Below, piece by piece: positions 1-7,872 of a stretch of 64,000 nucleotides of DNA. The stretch is from an uncultured Rickettsiales bacterium (GTDB taxonomy: Bacteria > Pseudomonadota > Alphaproteobacteria > Rickettsiales > SXRF01): positions 74,671 through 138,670 of the forward strand of contig CAZHUC010000002.1 of the NCBI GenBank assembly GCA_964535825.1, read 5' to 3'. The notes under the pieces were generated by a model. The model was not told where the DNA came from, did no database searches, and worked only from the letters and a program-made list of their open reading frames with translations. Numbering within the stretch: the first letter of the stretch is position 1; each line of letters opens with the position of its first letter. The translations under genes and the position numbers were made by a program.

Positions 1-329
1 ATGTAGAAACACTTTACGGCAGGCGTTGCCATGTGCCGAACATCAACGGCAAAGGGCCGATGCGCGCCTTCTCCGAGCGCGCCGCCATCAATGCACCACT
101 GCAGGGTACGGCAGCGGATATTATCAAACGCGCCATGATCACAATCGATCGCGACACCCCATACAAGATGCTGCTACAGGTGCATGACGAACTGGTGTTC
201 GAAGTGCCTGAATCACAAGTAGAAGCTGCCAAAATACATGTGAAGAAATGCATGGAAGACGCAGCCAGCCTGTCTATTCCACTGGTAGTGGAATGCGGCC
301 ATGGCCACCAATGGCGAGAGGCGCATTAA
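1..329 (+). CDS. polA: DNA polymerase I, C-terminal end (5' part outside the window)
   Basis: The frame is open from the window edge to TAA 327-329. The translation ...ERAAINAPLQGTAADIIKRAMI...LLQVHDELVFEVP... carries family-A polymerase motifs, including QVHDE. Confidence 0.9.
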   Translation, partial: VETLYGRRCHVPNINGKGPMRAFSERAAINAPLQGTAADIIKRAMITIDRDTPYKMLLQVHDELVFEVPESQVEAAKIHVKKCMEDAASLSIPLVVECGHGHQWREAH

Positions 330-351
330 CACTGGACTTAAACCCTGTTTC

Positions 352-1812
352 ATGGTGTTCTTAGCCGGTTTTGAACCTGTGGAGCATAATGTTTTGTCTG
401 ATACTGCCGAGTTTACTAAAAAACTGAAGCCTGTTGTTGTCTCAGGTAAAGAAGTATTGCCAATCATCGAAGGTGGTAAGGGTGTATCTGCCACCAGTGG
501 CAAAAGCTCTGGTGCGTTTGCGGCCGCTGGCGCAGTGGGAACATTTTCAGGCGTGAATGCCGATAGTTACGACGATAAGGGCAATATCATACCGTATGTG
601 TACAAAGGCACGACCCGCCGCGAACGCCATGAAGAATTGGTGGATCTAAGTTCGCGCGGAGGTATTGCACAAGCAAAGATCGCGCATGATATTTCAGGTG
701 GCAAGGGCCGTATCCATACCAACGTGTTGTGGGAAATGGGTGGCTGCGAGCGTATCCTGCAAAATATACTGGAAGGTGCTAAAGGCCTTGTGCATGGTGT
801 GACCTGCGGCGCAGGTATGCCGTATCGCCTGGGCGACATTTGCGCTTATTACAAAGTGCACTACCACCCGATCATTTCGTCCGGCCGTGCCTTTAACGCG
901 TTGTGGAAACGTTCTTACCAGCGCACCTCTGACTGGCTGGGCAGCGTGGTGTATGAAGACCCTTGGCTGGCTGGCGGACATAACGGGCTTTCCAATGCAG
1001 AAGATCCTGAAAAGCCGCAAGATCCTTATCCTCGTGTAGCTGAACTGCGCAAGGTCATGAATGGTTTTGGCCTGAATAATACCCCTATCATCATGGCGGG
1101 GGGCGCATGGCATCTGAAAGAATGGGAACATTGGCTGGATAATCCCGAGATCGGCCCGATCGCATTCCAATTCGGCACACGCCCGCTGCTTTCGGTGGAA
1201 AGCCCTATTCCTGACGTATGGAAAAAACGCCTGATGACACTGGAAGAAGGCGATGTGTTCTTAAACCAGTTCTCTCCTACCGGTTTTTATTCCTCTGCGG
1301 TGAATAATGACTTCATCAAGGAACTGCGCGCGCGCAGCGACCGCCAGATCGAATACCGCACCGAGCCTGAAAATTATTTCACTGAGCCGTTGCCCGTTGG
1401 TGCACGCGGTCGCCCGGTATATGTATCACCGGAAGACCGTGTCCGCGCTGAAGAATATATCAAGGCAGGTTTCATCGAGCCGATGAAAACTCCTGATTCC
1501 ACGCTCATTTTCGTGACACCGGAAAAATCACACCAGATTGTGAAAGACCAGATCGATTGCATGGGCTGCCTAAGCCATTGCCGCTTCTCGAACTGGAAAG
1601 ATCATGACGATTACACCACCGGCAAGAAAGCCGATCCTCGCAGCTTCTGCATCCAGAAGACCCTGCAGGATATCGTGCATGGTGGTGATACAGAGAATAA
1701 CCTGATGTTCTCAGGCCATAACGCGTATCGTTTCAAGAGTGATCCTTTCTACAAGGATGGATTCATCCCCACCATCAAGCAGCTGGTAGACCGAATCATG
1801 ACAGGGTATTGA
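352..1812 (+). CDS. nitronate monooxygenase (NMO / 2-nitropropane dioxygenase)-family flavoprotein, long form with Cys-rich C-terminal extension
   Basis: This lies in ORF 301-1812, and 352 is the first ATG after the polA stop. TIM-barrel-like signatures are present (IIEGGKGVS, VTCGAGMP, IIMAGGAW), followed by an extension with CMGCLSHC. The family was recalled from motifs only and the start is uncertain. Confidence 0.55.
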   Translation: MVFLAGFEPVEHNVLSDTAEFTKKLKPVVVSGKEVLPIIEGGKGVSATSGKSSGAFAAAGAVGTFSGVNADSYDDKGNIIPYVYKGTTRRERHEELVDLSSRGGIAQAKIAHDISGGKGRIHTNVLWEMGGCERILQNILEGAKGLVHGVTCGAGMPYRLGDICAYYKVHYHPIISSGRAFNALWKRSYQRTSDWLGSVVYEDPWLAGGHNGLSNAEDPEKPQDPYPRVAELRKVMNGFGLNNTPIIMAGGAWHLKEWEHWLDNPEIGPIAFQFGTRPLLSVESPIPDVWKKRLMTLEEGDVFLNQFSPTGFYSSAVNNDFIKELRARSDRQIEYRTEPENYFTEPLPVGARGRPVYVSPEDRVRAEEYIKAGFIEPMKTPDSTLIFVTPEKSHQIVKDQIDCMGCLSHCRFSNWKDHDDYTTGKKADPRSFCIQKTLQDIVHGGDTENNLMFSGHNAYRFKSDPFYKDGFIPTIKQLVDRIMTGY

Positions 1813-2544
1813 TCACTTAGCCCCTGGCTCGTGTTTCTGTGGTGCGAATTTCTTTGCGTCGTCAAGGCGTTTCAGGCGTTCTTTGACGAAGTACACCATG
1901 TAGTTCAGGTCCTTATCTGGAATATTCTCGGCGTGATCCTTGATGGTGTTCATGATCTCATACGCCGCTTCCATCTCGCCGCGTTTTTCATGCACTACTG
2001 CCACCATCTGCTGCGCCCATACAGGTACTTTCTCATTGACCATGGGCTTTGCCACCTTAAGTGCAAGATCCTTATCATCCAGCCGGTGCATTGCCAGATA
2101 GATGGATTGCAGTAACCACCACCATTTGTGCTCCACATCGCGCGTTGCATGATCATAGAGGTAATCAACGATGTAGCGCACATCTGCTGTGTTCTGGGTC
2201 TGCCCGAAATAATAGGTAGCCATGGATGGGATCATATCCGAGCGGGCGTCCAGCGAATCCAGCAGATTGAACCAGAGGTAAAGCTTGCTGAAATCATAAT
2301 ATCGCAGCGCAGTGAAGCGGCCATAGGTATCACCGGCATTCTGGATATTGTGTGCGAGTATGCGGAAATAGAACTGTTTATCGCCAAAGCTAAGCGCTTC
2401 TACCGCTTGCTTACCCGGCACTTCAGGGACGATGCCAAGGTCAGGCCTGATGTCTTTTGTCGATTGCCAGAAGGCAACCTGGCAGACAAGCACGCCTATC
2501 ATCATGAGATGTAGCGGCATGATCTTTTTGCGCATGAACTGCAT
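1813..2544 (-). CDS. hypothetical protein with N-terminal hydrophobic anchor/signal and Trp/Tyr-rich helical body (last gene of the secretin operon)
   Basis: ATG 2544 lies 2 nt after the stop of the upstream gene (TAA TC ATG). The N-terminus reads MQFMRKKIMPLHLMMIGVLVCQVAFW. I recognise no family. Confidence 0.5.
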   Translation of the reverse strand: MQFMRKKIMPLHLMMIGVLVCQVAFWQSTKDIRPDLGIVPEVPGKQAVEALSFGDKQFYFRILAHNIQNAGDTYGRFTALRYYDFSKLYLWFNLLDSLDARSDMIPSMATYYFGQTQNTADVRYIVDYLYDHATRDVEHKWWWLLQSIYLAMHRLDDKDLALKVAKPMVNEKVPVWAQQMVAVVHEKRGEMEAAYEIMNTIKDHAENIPDKDLNYMVYFVKERLKRLDDAKKFAPQKHEPGAK

Positions 2545-2546
2545 GA

Positions 2547-3305
2547 TTAGAACTGCTTGCGTTTGAAATCCAGAATGGTGGCAACCAGCAGTAACGGTAC
2601 GAATACTCCCGCCTGCAACAAGAACCAGTACCATTCCTGTGATATGTTGAAGCCGTAGACCAGCCACTCGGTCTTTGCGAAGAAATCAAGACGCGGCACA
2701 ACAGAGGATATGGCCTTGAGTACATATTTCAAGAGCAGATATGGCATTTGCGCCATGCTCGGTGCATCAGCCGTTATCACAAAGAAAGCCATCATGCGGG
2801 AAAGTACATAAAACCCCATACAGGCAAGCACTGATGTCACGGCACTCCTGAGTGTGAATGCGCTGAATAATGCCAACGCCACAACCAGCGATGCTTCCAG
2901 TAGCAAGCTCAATGCCCAGCCAGCATACCCTTCCAGATTCATAAGCCCTAACACTGCAATGATGATCACCACCGGCAACACCAGCAGGAATGCCACCACA
3001 CTAAAGCCAAGCCAGTATGCGACCACGAGGCTAGCGCGCGTCAAAGGCCGCGAAAGCATCACATCGATCTCTTTATTTTCGAAAGCACTACGAATGTGGA
3101 AGCATACGAATACGATAAGACCCACCATCAATATCAGACGAGATGAACCCGCTGCGTAGGTGAGTGTCATTTGTCTTTCTTCAAGGAATGCCGTACTGCC
3201 GAGTGTTGCAGAAATGGCAGCGGCGAACACCACCCCAAGCAATACACCAATGAACAATCTGTCTCTGAATGCGGTCAGTAGAATGTAACGTACGCTGGTC
3301 AACAT
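2547..3305 (-). CDS. polytopic inner-membrane protein, ABC-2-type permease-like (about 6 TM)
   Basis: The 252-aa product has six long hydrophobic segments. An N-terminal TM is followed by an extracytoplasmic loop and five clustered TMs, as in ABC-2/NosY/GldF-type permeases. No ATPase gene is adjacent. Confidence 0.55.
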   Translation of the reverse strand: MLTSVRYILLTAFRDRLFIGVLLGVVFAAAISATLGSTAFLEERQMTLTYAAGSSRLILMVGLIVFVCFHIRSAFENKEIDVMLSRPLTRASLVVAYWLGFSVVAFLLVLPVVIIIAVLGLMNLEGYAGWALSLLLEASLVVALALFSAFTLRSAVTSVLACMGFYVLSRMMAFFVITADAPSMAQMPYLLLKYVLKAISSVVPRLDFFAKTEWLVYGFNISQEWYWFLLQAGVFVPLLLVATILDFKRKQF

Positions 3306-3317
3306 AATGGTATGAAC

Positions 3318-5204
3318 TTAGAACTCTAGTGGACGTGGATCTTTTGTAAACTTCTCATACACAGCTTTGTCCATCGGGTGGGCATTACCATGTGGACCCA
3401 CAATAGTAGCTTTAATGAAAATTACCAGCTCCTTGATGTCATGATCTTTATCAACGCCTTTAAAGGCATTACCGATATAAGGCACTTCACTGATCCAAGG
3501 CACACCCTTATCAGTATTGATAGATTTATCTTCCATCAGACCGCCAATGACCATCACTTCCCCACTCCGCAATTTCAGGATGGAATCAAGCTCACGCACT
3601 TCCACGATAGGGATCTTGTTGGATATGGGCGGAAGATCCGCAACGATCGCCGCATCTAACTGCGCAAGCGTAATAGGAATAGTGGGATCATCAACGCTGC
3701 CAGTAACCCGCGACAACGTAGGACGTACACTCAAGGTGATCTCGTTGGTATCTATATTGATGGACGGCAACAGCGTCATGATGATACCGATAGGCACTGT
3801 TTTAATGGTCGGCTCTACCGTTACGCTTGTACTTGTACTGACCGCCGTTGTGGTGTCACTGCTTACATCCAGTTCGAAATATACGATATTCTCCGCAAAT
3901 GTCAGAACGGCCTGCTGGTTGTTGATAGCATTCAGGCGCGGGCTGGAGAGTGTGCGCGTCGTACCAAATATCTGTGTCAGATCAACCGCTGCCTGCAAGT
4001 CAAAGTTCCTGCCGGCTATACCTGTAAGGCTAAAGGCAAAACTCGCGGCATTCCCGGCATCCGTTACCGCACCGAATGTCATCGGCATACCGAACGAATT
4101 ATTGCCGAATCGTGTCCAGTCGATCCCGCTCTGGAACTGGTCATTCAGTGTTACTTCAAGGATCTTCGCCTCGATCAATACCTGGGCTGATGTCGTTGCC
4201 CGTATCTTCTCAAGGAATTTTTGTACCAGATCATGTTGCTTTGATGTGCCAGAGACCGTGAGTGCACCTGCCTGACGGTTCATGATAAAGAAACTCGCAG
4301 CAGGTTCTGCTGCAGCTGCAGCCGGTGCTGGGGTTGCGGCTGCTGGTGCAGCAGGCGCACCGGCCTGCCCTGCTTCTCCGGTCGCAGGCGTTGGTTGGCT
4401 GGCCACAGTTACCGTAGAAACACGACTTGGCGGAACATAGGCCATGATGGCTGTCATACCATCGTTGAATTTTGTCCAGAAATCACTCTTACTCTCTGAA
4501 GTAACAGACGATGATGAACCGCTATTTACACCACCTGCACCACTACCGCCGCTGCCGCCGCCGCTATCCCCGCTGTCGCTACTGACACCACCTGTGAACA
4601 CGTTCGTTGAAATGCTGGTGTTACTTGAAGATTCACGATCCACATTCAGGAAATCGATATTGTAGGTCTGCACATAGGGCGTATCACGCTCCACGCGCAA
4701 CACACCATTTTTCATGGTATAGCGCAGACCAGCCAGATCGGCGATGCGTTCCACCACTTCGTTGAACGGTTTATCCTTTGCGCGGAATGCCACGCCACCG
4801 GTGATACCGGCATCCACTTCAATATCGACATCCGCAAGACGGGCAAGCTCTATGAGCACATCTTTAAGCGGCACATCATCGGTTACGGCCACGGATACCA
4901 GCTTGGTCGCACCGATCTTTGGCGGACTCGGCGCTGCCAGAACGTCTTCCAGCGCGGGGATCGGAGGTTCTGACGGATTGAGCATTTCACCCGGAACATT
5001 CGGGTTCTTGTATGCATCAGGATTCAGGACATTCTTATAATCATCGCGGTTGAGGCTTAGATTCGGGTCTATTTTATCGTGGTTGTTCGGGTCGTACAGA
5101 TCCTCGCTGCAACCTGCTGCCAGCATAAGGCATACACTGAATGGAAGTAATTTTTTTATGCGTTTCACGCTTTTTACGACCTTACGAATACAATCCACCA
5201 TCAC
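3318..5204 (-). CDS. secretin-family outer-membrane channel, lipoprotein type (MshL/PilQ/GspD-like)
   Basis: A lipobox LMLAAGC follows a basic n-region. An N-domain VSVAVTDDVPLKDVLIELARLADVDIEVD...GVLRV is present. The C-terminal secretin core reads LSSPRLNAINNQQAVL...IPIVEVRELDSILKLRSGEVMVIGGLM...VPWISEVPYIGNAFK...ELVIFIKATIV. Alternative starts are ATG 5201 and GTG 5168, the latter giving MKRIKKLLPF... Confidence 0.8.
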   Translation of the reverse strand: MMVDCIRKVVKSVKRIKKLLPFSVCLMLAAGCSEDLYDPNNHDKIDPNLSLNRDDYKNVLNPDAYKNPNVPGEMLNPSEPPIPALEDVLAAPSPPKIGATKLVSVAVTDDVPLKDVLIELARLADVDIEVDAGITGGVAFRAKDKPFNEVVERIADLAGLRYTMKNGVLRVERDTPYVQTYNIDFLNVDRESSSNTSISTNVFTGGVSSDSGDSGGGSGGSGAGGVNSGSSSSVTSESKSDFWTKFNDGMTAIMAYVPPSRVSTVTVASQPTPATGEAGQAGAPAAPAAATPAPAAAAAEPAASFFIMNRQAGALTVSGTSKQHDLVQKFLEKIRATTSAQVLIEAKILEVTLNDQFQSGIDWTRFGNNSFGMPMTFGAVTDAGNAASFAFSLTGIAGRNFDLQAAVDLTQIFGTTRTLSSPRLNAINNQQAVLTFAENIVYFELDVSSDTTTAVSTSTSVTVEPTIKTVPIGIIMTLLPSINIDTNEITLSVRPTLSRVTGSVDDPTIPITLAQLDAAIVADLPPISNKIPIVEVRELDSILKLRSGEVMVIGGLMEDKSINTDKGVPWISEVPYIGNAFKGVDKDHDIKELVIFIKATIVGPHGNAHPMDKAVYEKFTKDPRPLEF

Positions 5205-5284
5205 TCACAAAACGCATGTAACTACAACATGTAGTAACACATCCCGGCGACGACACAACGCACATGTGTAACAAACACAAAAAA

Positions 5285-5821
5285 TTATGCGCGCGTTGAA
5301 AGCCAGATAGCGAGCTTAGTTTTGTATACTATTGCAGTCGTTAATATTTGGTAAAGAGGAGAAGATTCAGCACCTTGTTCCAACGCGATATCATGATGCT
5401 CTTTTTCGTCGGCACGGAATTTAGAAATGATGGATTTCAGTTCCGGTTCATCAGAAAGTTTTGCTTCCTGCGCGGCATAATGTTCATCAATAACTGACTC
5501 CACTGCTACCGTGCACGCCATCGCGGCTTTCTCCCCGAGAAGCGCAGTGGCTGCGCCCATGGCGTATCCCGCCACATGCCACAGCGGCATAAAGACCGTG
5601 GGGCGCACACGACGTTTTACCATCCATTCGGAAAAGGTTTGCAGATGCTCCTGCTCTTGCTCTGCCATGTGCTTCAGCAGCGGCGCACACGCGCTTTTGC
5701 CAAGCACCGCGAGTTGTCCCTGATAGATACGCTGCGCACCATACTCACCCGCGTGATTCACGCGGATCATGCGCGCTATCTCTTCATCATGCGTGCGGTC
5801 ACCGGGGAGTTTGTGTTGCAT
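5285..5821 (-). CDS. coq7: demethoxyubiquinone hydroxylase (Coq7 family, di-iron)
   Basis: The translation MQHKLPGDRTHDEEIARMIRVNHAGEYGAQRIYQGQ...EQEHL...ADEKEHHD shows the ferritin-like ExxH repeats of Coq7. ATG 5821 overlaps the upstream stop as TAATG. Confidence 0.85.
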   Translation of the reverse strand: MQHKLPGDRTHDEEIARMIRVNHAGEYGAQRIYQGQLAVLGKSACAPLLKHMAEQEQEHLQTFSEWMVKRRVRPTVFMPLWHVAGYAMGAATALLGEKAAMACTVAVESVIDEHYAAQEAKLSDEPELKSIISKFRADEKEHHDIALEQGAESSPLYQILTTAIVYKTKLAIWLSTRA

Positions 5822-6375
5822 TATATTTTCCTTCTGTGGAATTTTAGCAACACACAGGCAGAGAATAATGCAAGGATGGTCGCTGCCATCAGATTCCACG
5901 CTGCCAGTGACAGACCAAACACATACGCCATCGCCTGATCACAGGATACCAGCGGTGCGTTCATGATGGCGGCACGCATTTCTTCCAGTGTTTGCTCGCC
6001 TGTGCTGGTATTGGAGCACGCCGATGGGCCAGTCACCCACCCCATTTCAACACCCGTGTGATAGCCTGCAATGCCTGCATCCACAATGAATAGCAGCACA
6101 CAGAACCACGCTACGGCAAGCAGCACTTTCGGAGACTTCACGAACCATGCGGAAAGCAGGCCAAGCAAAGTGATCGCCGCATAAGGATAACGCTGCTTGA
6201 GGCACAGATCGCACGGATGCCAGCCAAACCCATACTGCCCTACCAGTGCCGCTGAAAGAATGGCAAGGCTTGCCACTGCCATGAACAAAAGCAGGCATTT
6301 GGGTGTCATTTTTTCAAGATAAGGCTGGTATTTCATAGATATGCCCATCATAGGGCGGGTTTTTAGCTTTGGCAA
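5821..6375 (-). CDS. disulfide bond formation protein B family (DsbB-like)
   Basis: The product has four TM segments. CDLC lies at the end of TM1 and a second Cys pair (PSAC...VSCD) lies in the large loop. The listed start is TTG 6375, and ATG 6336 or 6309 are alternatives. Confidence 0.7.
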   Translation of the reverse strand: MPKLKTRPMMGISMKYQPYLEKMTPKCLLLFMAVASLAILSAALVGQYGFGWHPCDLCLKQRYPYAAITLLGLLSAWFVKSPKVLLAVAWFCVLLFIVDAGIAGYHTGVEMGWVTGPSACSNTSTGEQTLEEMRAAIMNAPLVSCDQAMAYVFGLSLAAWNLMAATILALFSACVLLKFHRRKI

Positions 6376-6387
6376 GCTGCCCGCTGC

Positions 6388-6415
6388 TTGACCACGGGGT
6401 ATGAATGCTTATAGT
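6388..6415 (+). promoter_or_regulatory. candidate sigma70-type promoter (TTGACC, 16-nt spacer, TATAGT)
   Basis: TTGACC is at 6388-6393 and TATAGT at 6410-6415. The promoter points toward tRNA-Leu about 170 nt downstream. This is a sequence match only. Confidence 0.3.
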
Positions 6416-6586
6416 AGCGCCCTGCACTTAAGTGTTTAAGAACCGTACTGAATCTCATTTTTATGAGGCGAGTTCTAGGAACAGGCGCACGCAGAAGCTG
6501 AGCGTACTTATAATGTATGTGACAGCTTCGAGTACAAATGTGACGACGAAATCGGCCAGAAAAATGGGATTAAGAAGGTTCGGATG

Positions 6587-6671
6587 CCCCGGTGGTGGAA
6601 CTGGTAGACGCGCCGGACTCAAAATCCGGTGCCGCGAGGCGTGTCGGTTCGATTCCGACCCGGGGCACCAT
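6587..6671 (+). tRNA. tRNA-Leu (anticodon CAA), type II with long variable arm, CCA encoded
   Basis: I folded it by hand. The acceptor stem is GCCCCGG/CCGGGGC. The anticodon stem is CCGGA/UCCGG with loop CUCAAAA. The variable arm is UGCCGCGAGGCGUG and the T-loop is GGTTCGATTCC. The discriminator is A, followed by CCA. Confidence 0.93.
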
Positions 6672-6707
6672 TCATAAAACAGGGCAAACCCTGTTTTATG
6701 AATGGTA
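6668..6707 (+). terminator. perfect 18-bp hairpin immediately after, and overlapping, the tRNA 3' ACCA end
   Basis: ACCATTCATAAAACAGGG caaa CCCTGTTTTATGAATGGT is a perfect inverted repeat. No clean U-tract follows, so it may be a terminator or processing hairpin. Confidence 0.5.
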
Positions 6708-6860
6708 TTCCAGATTGAATGAGAACCGAAGGTTCGACAATTTTTCAGGAAGAAAAATTGGACGGCGCAGGCGTCTTGTAATGCGCTACCGCTTCGCTAC
6801 TTGATCGCGGAAGCGCCGAGCCGCCCCCCGAGGGTGAATGGCCAGCAGGCCATGAATCAA

Positions 6861-6871
6861 TCCGACCCGGG
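6861..6871 (+). repeat. direct repeat of the tRNA-Leu T-arm/acceptor 3' segment (TCCGACCCGGG)
   Basis: The 11-nt string at 6655-6665 inside the tRNA recurs exactly at 6861-6871. This is att-site-like and may be the scar of an integration event. Confidence 0.4.
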
Positions 6872-6936
6872 AAATTTTTAGTATTTAAGACTGAAATGTA
6901 CTAGCATCTGGTAGATTTAATCTATTCAGGCATTTT

Positions 6937-7842
6937 ATGAAAACTCTATGTATAGAGATATCTCAGTATTACCGTAGTGGCAGCACAGCCGAAAAGGCAG
7001 CAATAGTTATTACAGCTGTCGTACTTATTATTATGGTCTGCGCTGCTCTTTTTCTTCCTTATGACAAGGCCGGTCAAGCCGGTGATTGGATTGGAGGATT
7101 TGGAGGAGCACTTGCGTTCCTGTGGTTCGTTATTGCCATGAATCTTCAACGCACAGAACTTGCTGAGCAACGTCAACAATTAGTTCTTCAAAAAGAAGCC
7201 TTGCTGCTTCAAAAACAAGAATTAAGCAGGATGGGTAAATTTGCTGGCTATCAACAAATCTCAGAAATTATGAAAGAAACAAAAAAAGAGCTTTTTGAGA
7301 GCAAAGCAGGTGTAAAAAGTATTTCTGAACTAATCAATCTAGCCTTACCTAAAGTCGAATGGCAAACTATTCTTAATAGCACAGATCCTCAAGAAGTTTA
7401 CAATACTTGTATTAGTGTGATGCCTAGAGAAGCCGCTATTACCACATTTTTCTCAGGAGTGAAGCAAGCAATAAATATTTACAAAGAATCGATAGGGGTA
7501 AAAGTAGAAAGCACTCCTGAGGATCTTGCAGAATTTGTTTATACTAATTCGCCATGGTTAAAAAACATTCCGCATGTTTCACAATATGCGGGTACCATTG
7601 AACTTACAGCCCAAATGCATTGGATGTTTAGCCCTGGCCGAAAGGCTGTGATGTTAGCATTTCTCATAGCTACGGCATTAGTACTAAAAATGCCTGACGT
7701 TATAAAAGAAAAAGAGATGTATAAAATGTATCTTGATGCCAAAGAAAGAGGCAATCTACCTGAAATTGCAAAGTACTATAAGTTCTCGGAAGAAACAATA
7801 AAGTCAACTTTACCGATTCAAGATAATAAAATTACTTCGTAA
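6937..7842 (+). CDS. hypothetical membrane protein with coiled-coil segment, AT-rich orphan gene
   Basis: The 301-aa product has two N-terminal TM helices, then the heptad-like stretch QRTELAEQRQQLVLQKEALLLQKQELSRM, and a further hydrophobic segment near the C-terminus. Hand counts of 60-nt samples give 30-40 percent GC, against about 65 percent in a sample of the neighbouring arsR gene. Confidence 0.6.
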   Translation: MKTLCIEISQYYRSGSTAEKAAIVITAVVLIIMVCAALFLPYDKAGQAGDWIGGFGGALAFLWFVIAMNLQRTELAEQRQQLVLQKEALLLQKQELSRMGKFAGYQQISEIMKETKKELFESKAGVKSISELINLALPKVEWQTILNSTDPQEVYNTCISVMPREAAITTFFSGVKQAINIYKESIGVKVESTPEDLAEFVYTNSPWLKNIPHVSQYAGTIELTAQMHWMFSPGRKAVMLAFLIATALVLKMPDVIKEKEMYKMYLDAKERGNLPEIAKYYKFSEETIKSTLPIQDNKITS

Positions 7843-7872
7843 GCCACTAAAATATTTTGCGTACTAAAATAC

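Noticed and set aside
301-351. The ORF track implies N-terminal extensions here and at 5822-5899, 9739-9819, 27272-27331, 36774-36935 and 48637-48732.
   Set aside because: Each extension overlaps the preceding gene and lacks conserved sequence. Internal starts placed at or just after the upstream stop give family-typical N-termini.
3517-4275. A 252-aa plus-strand ORF lies antisense to the secretin gene.
   Set aside because: It is a shadow ORF inside a gene with strong family motifs on the other strand. Its own sequence is low in complexity.
4293-4400. I considered whether GCN/GGN-periodic DNA here, and at about 10640-11100, could be tandem-repeat or CRISPR-like structure.
   Set aside because: The periodicity is in frame and encodes Ala/Pro/Gly/Ser linkers inside long ORFs. 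There is no repeat-spacer architecture.
6416-6586. I looked for a possible small RNA or an SRP/6S-type ncRNA in the 211-nt region upstream of tRNA-Leu.
   Set aside because: Only weak hairpins are present (CTCAT-TTTT-ATGAG; GAAGCTG...CAGCTTC), and I could recognise no conserved ncRNA core. The region stays unassigned apart from a candidate promoter.
6592-6804. A 70-aa ORF overlaps tRNA-Leu.
   Set aside because: It is explained by the tRNA gene and its downstream hairpin. Nothing supports it as coding.
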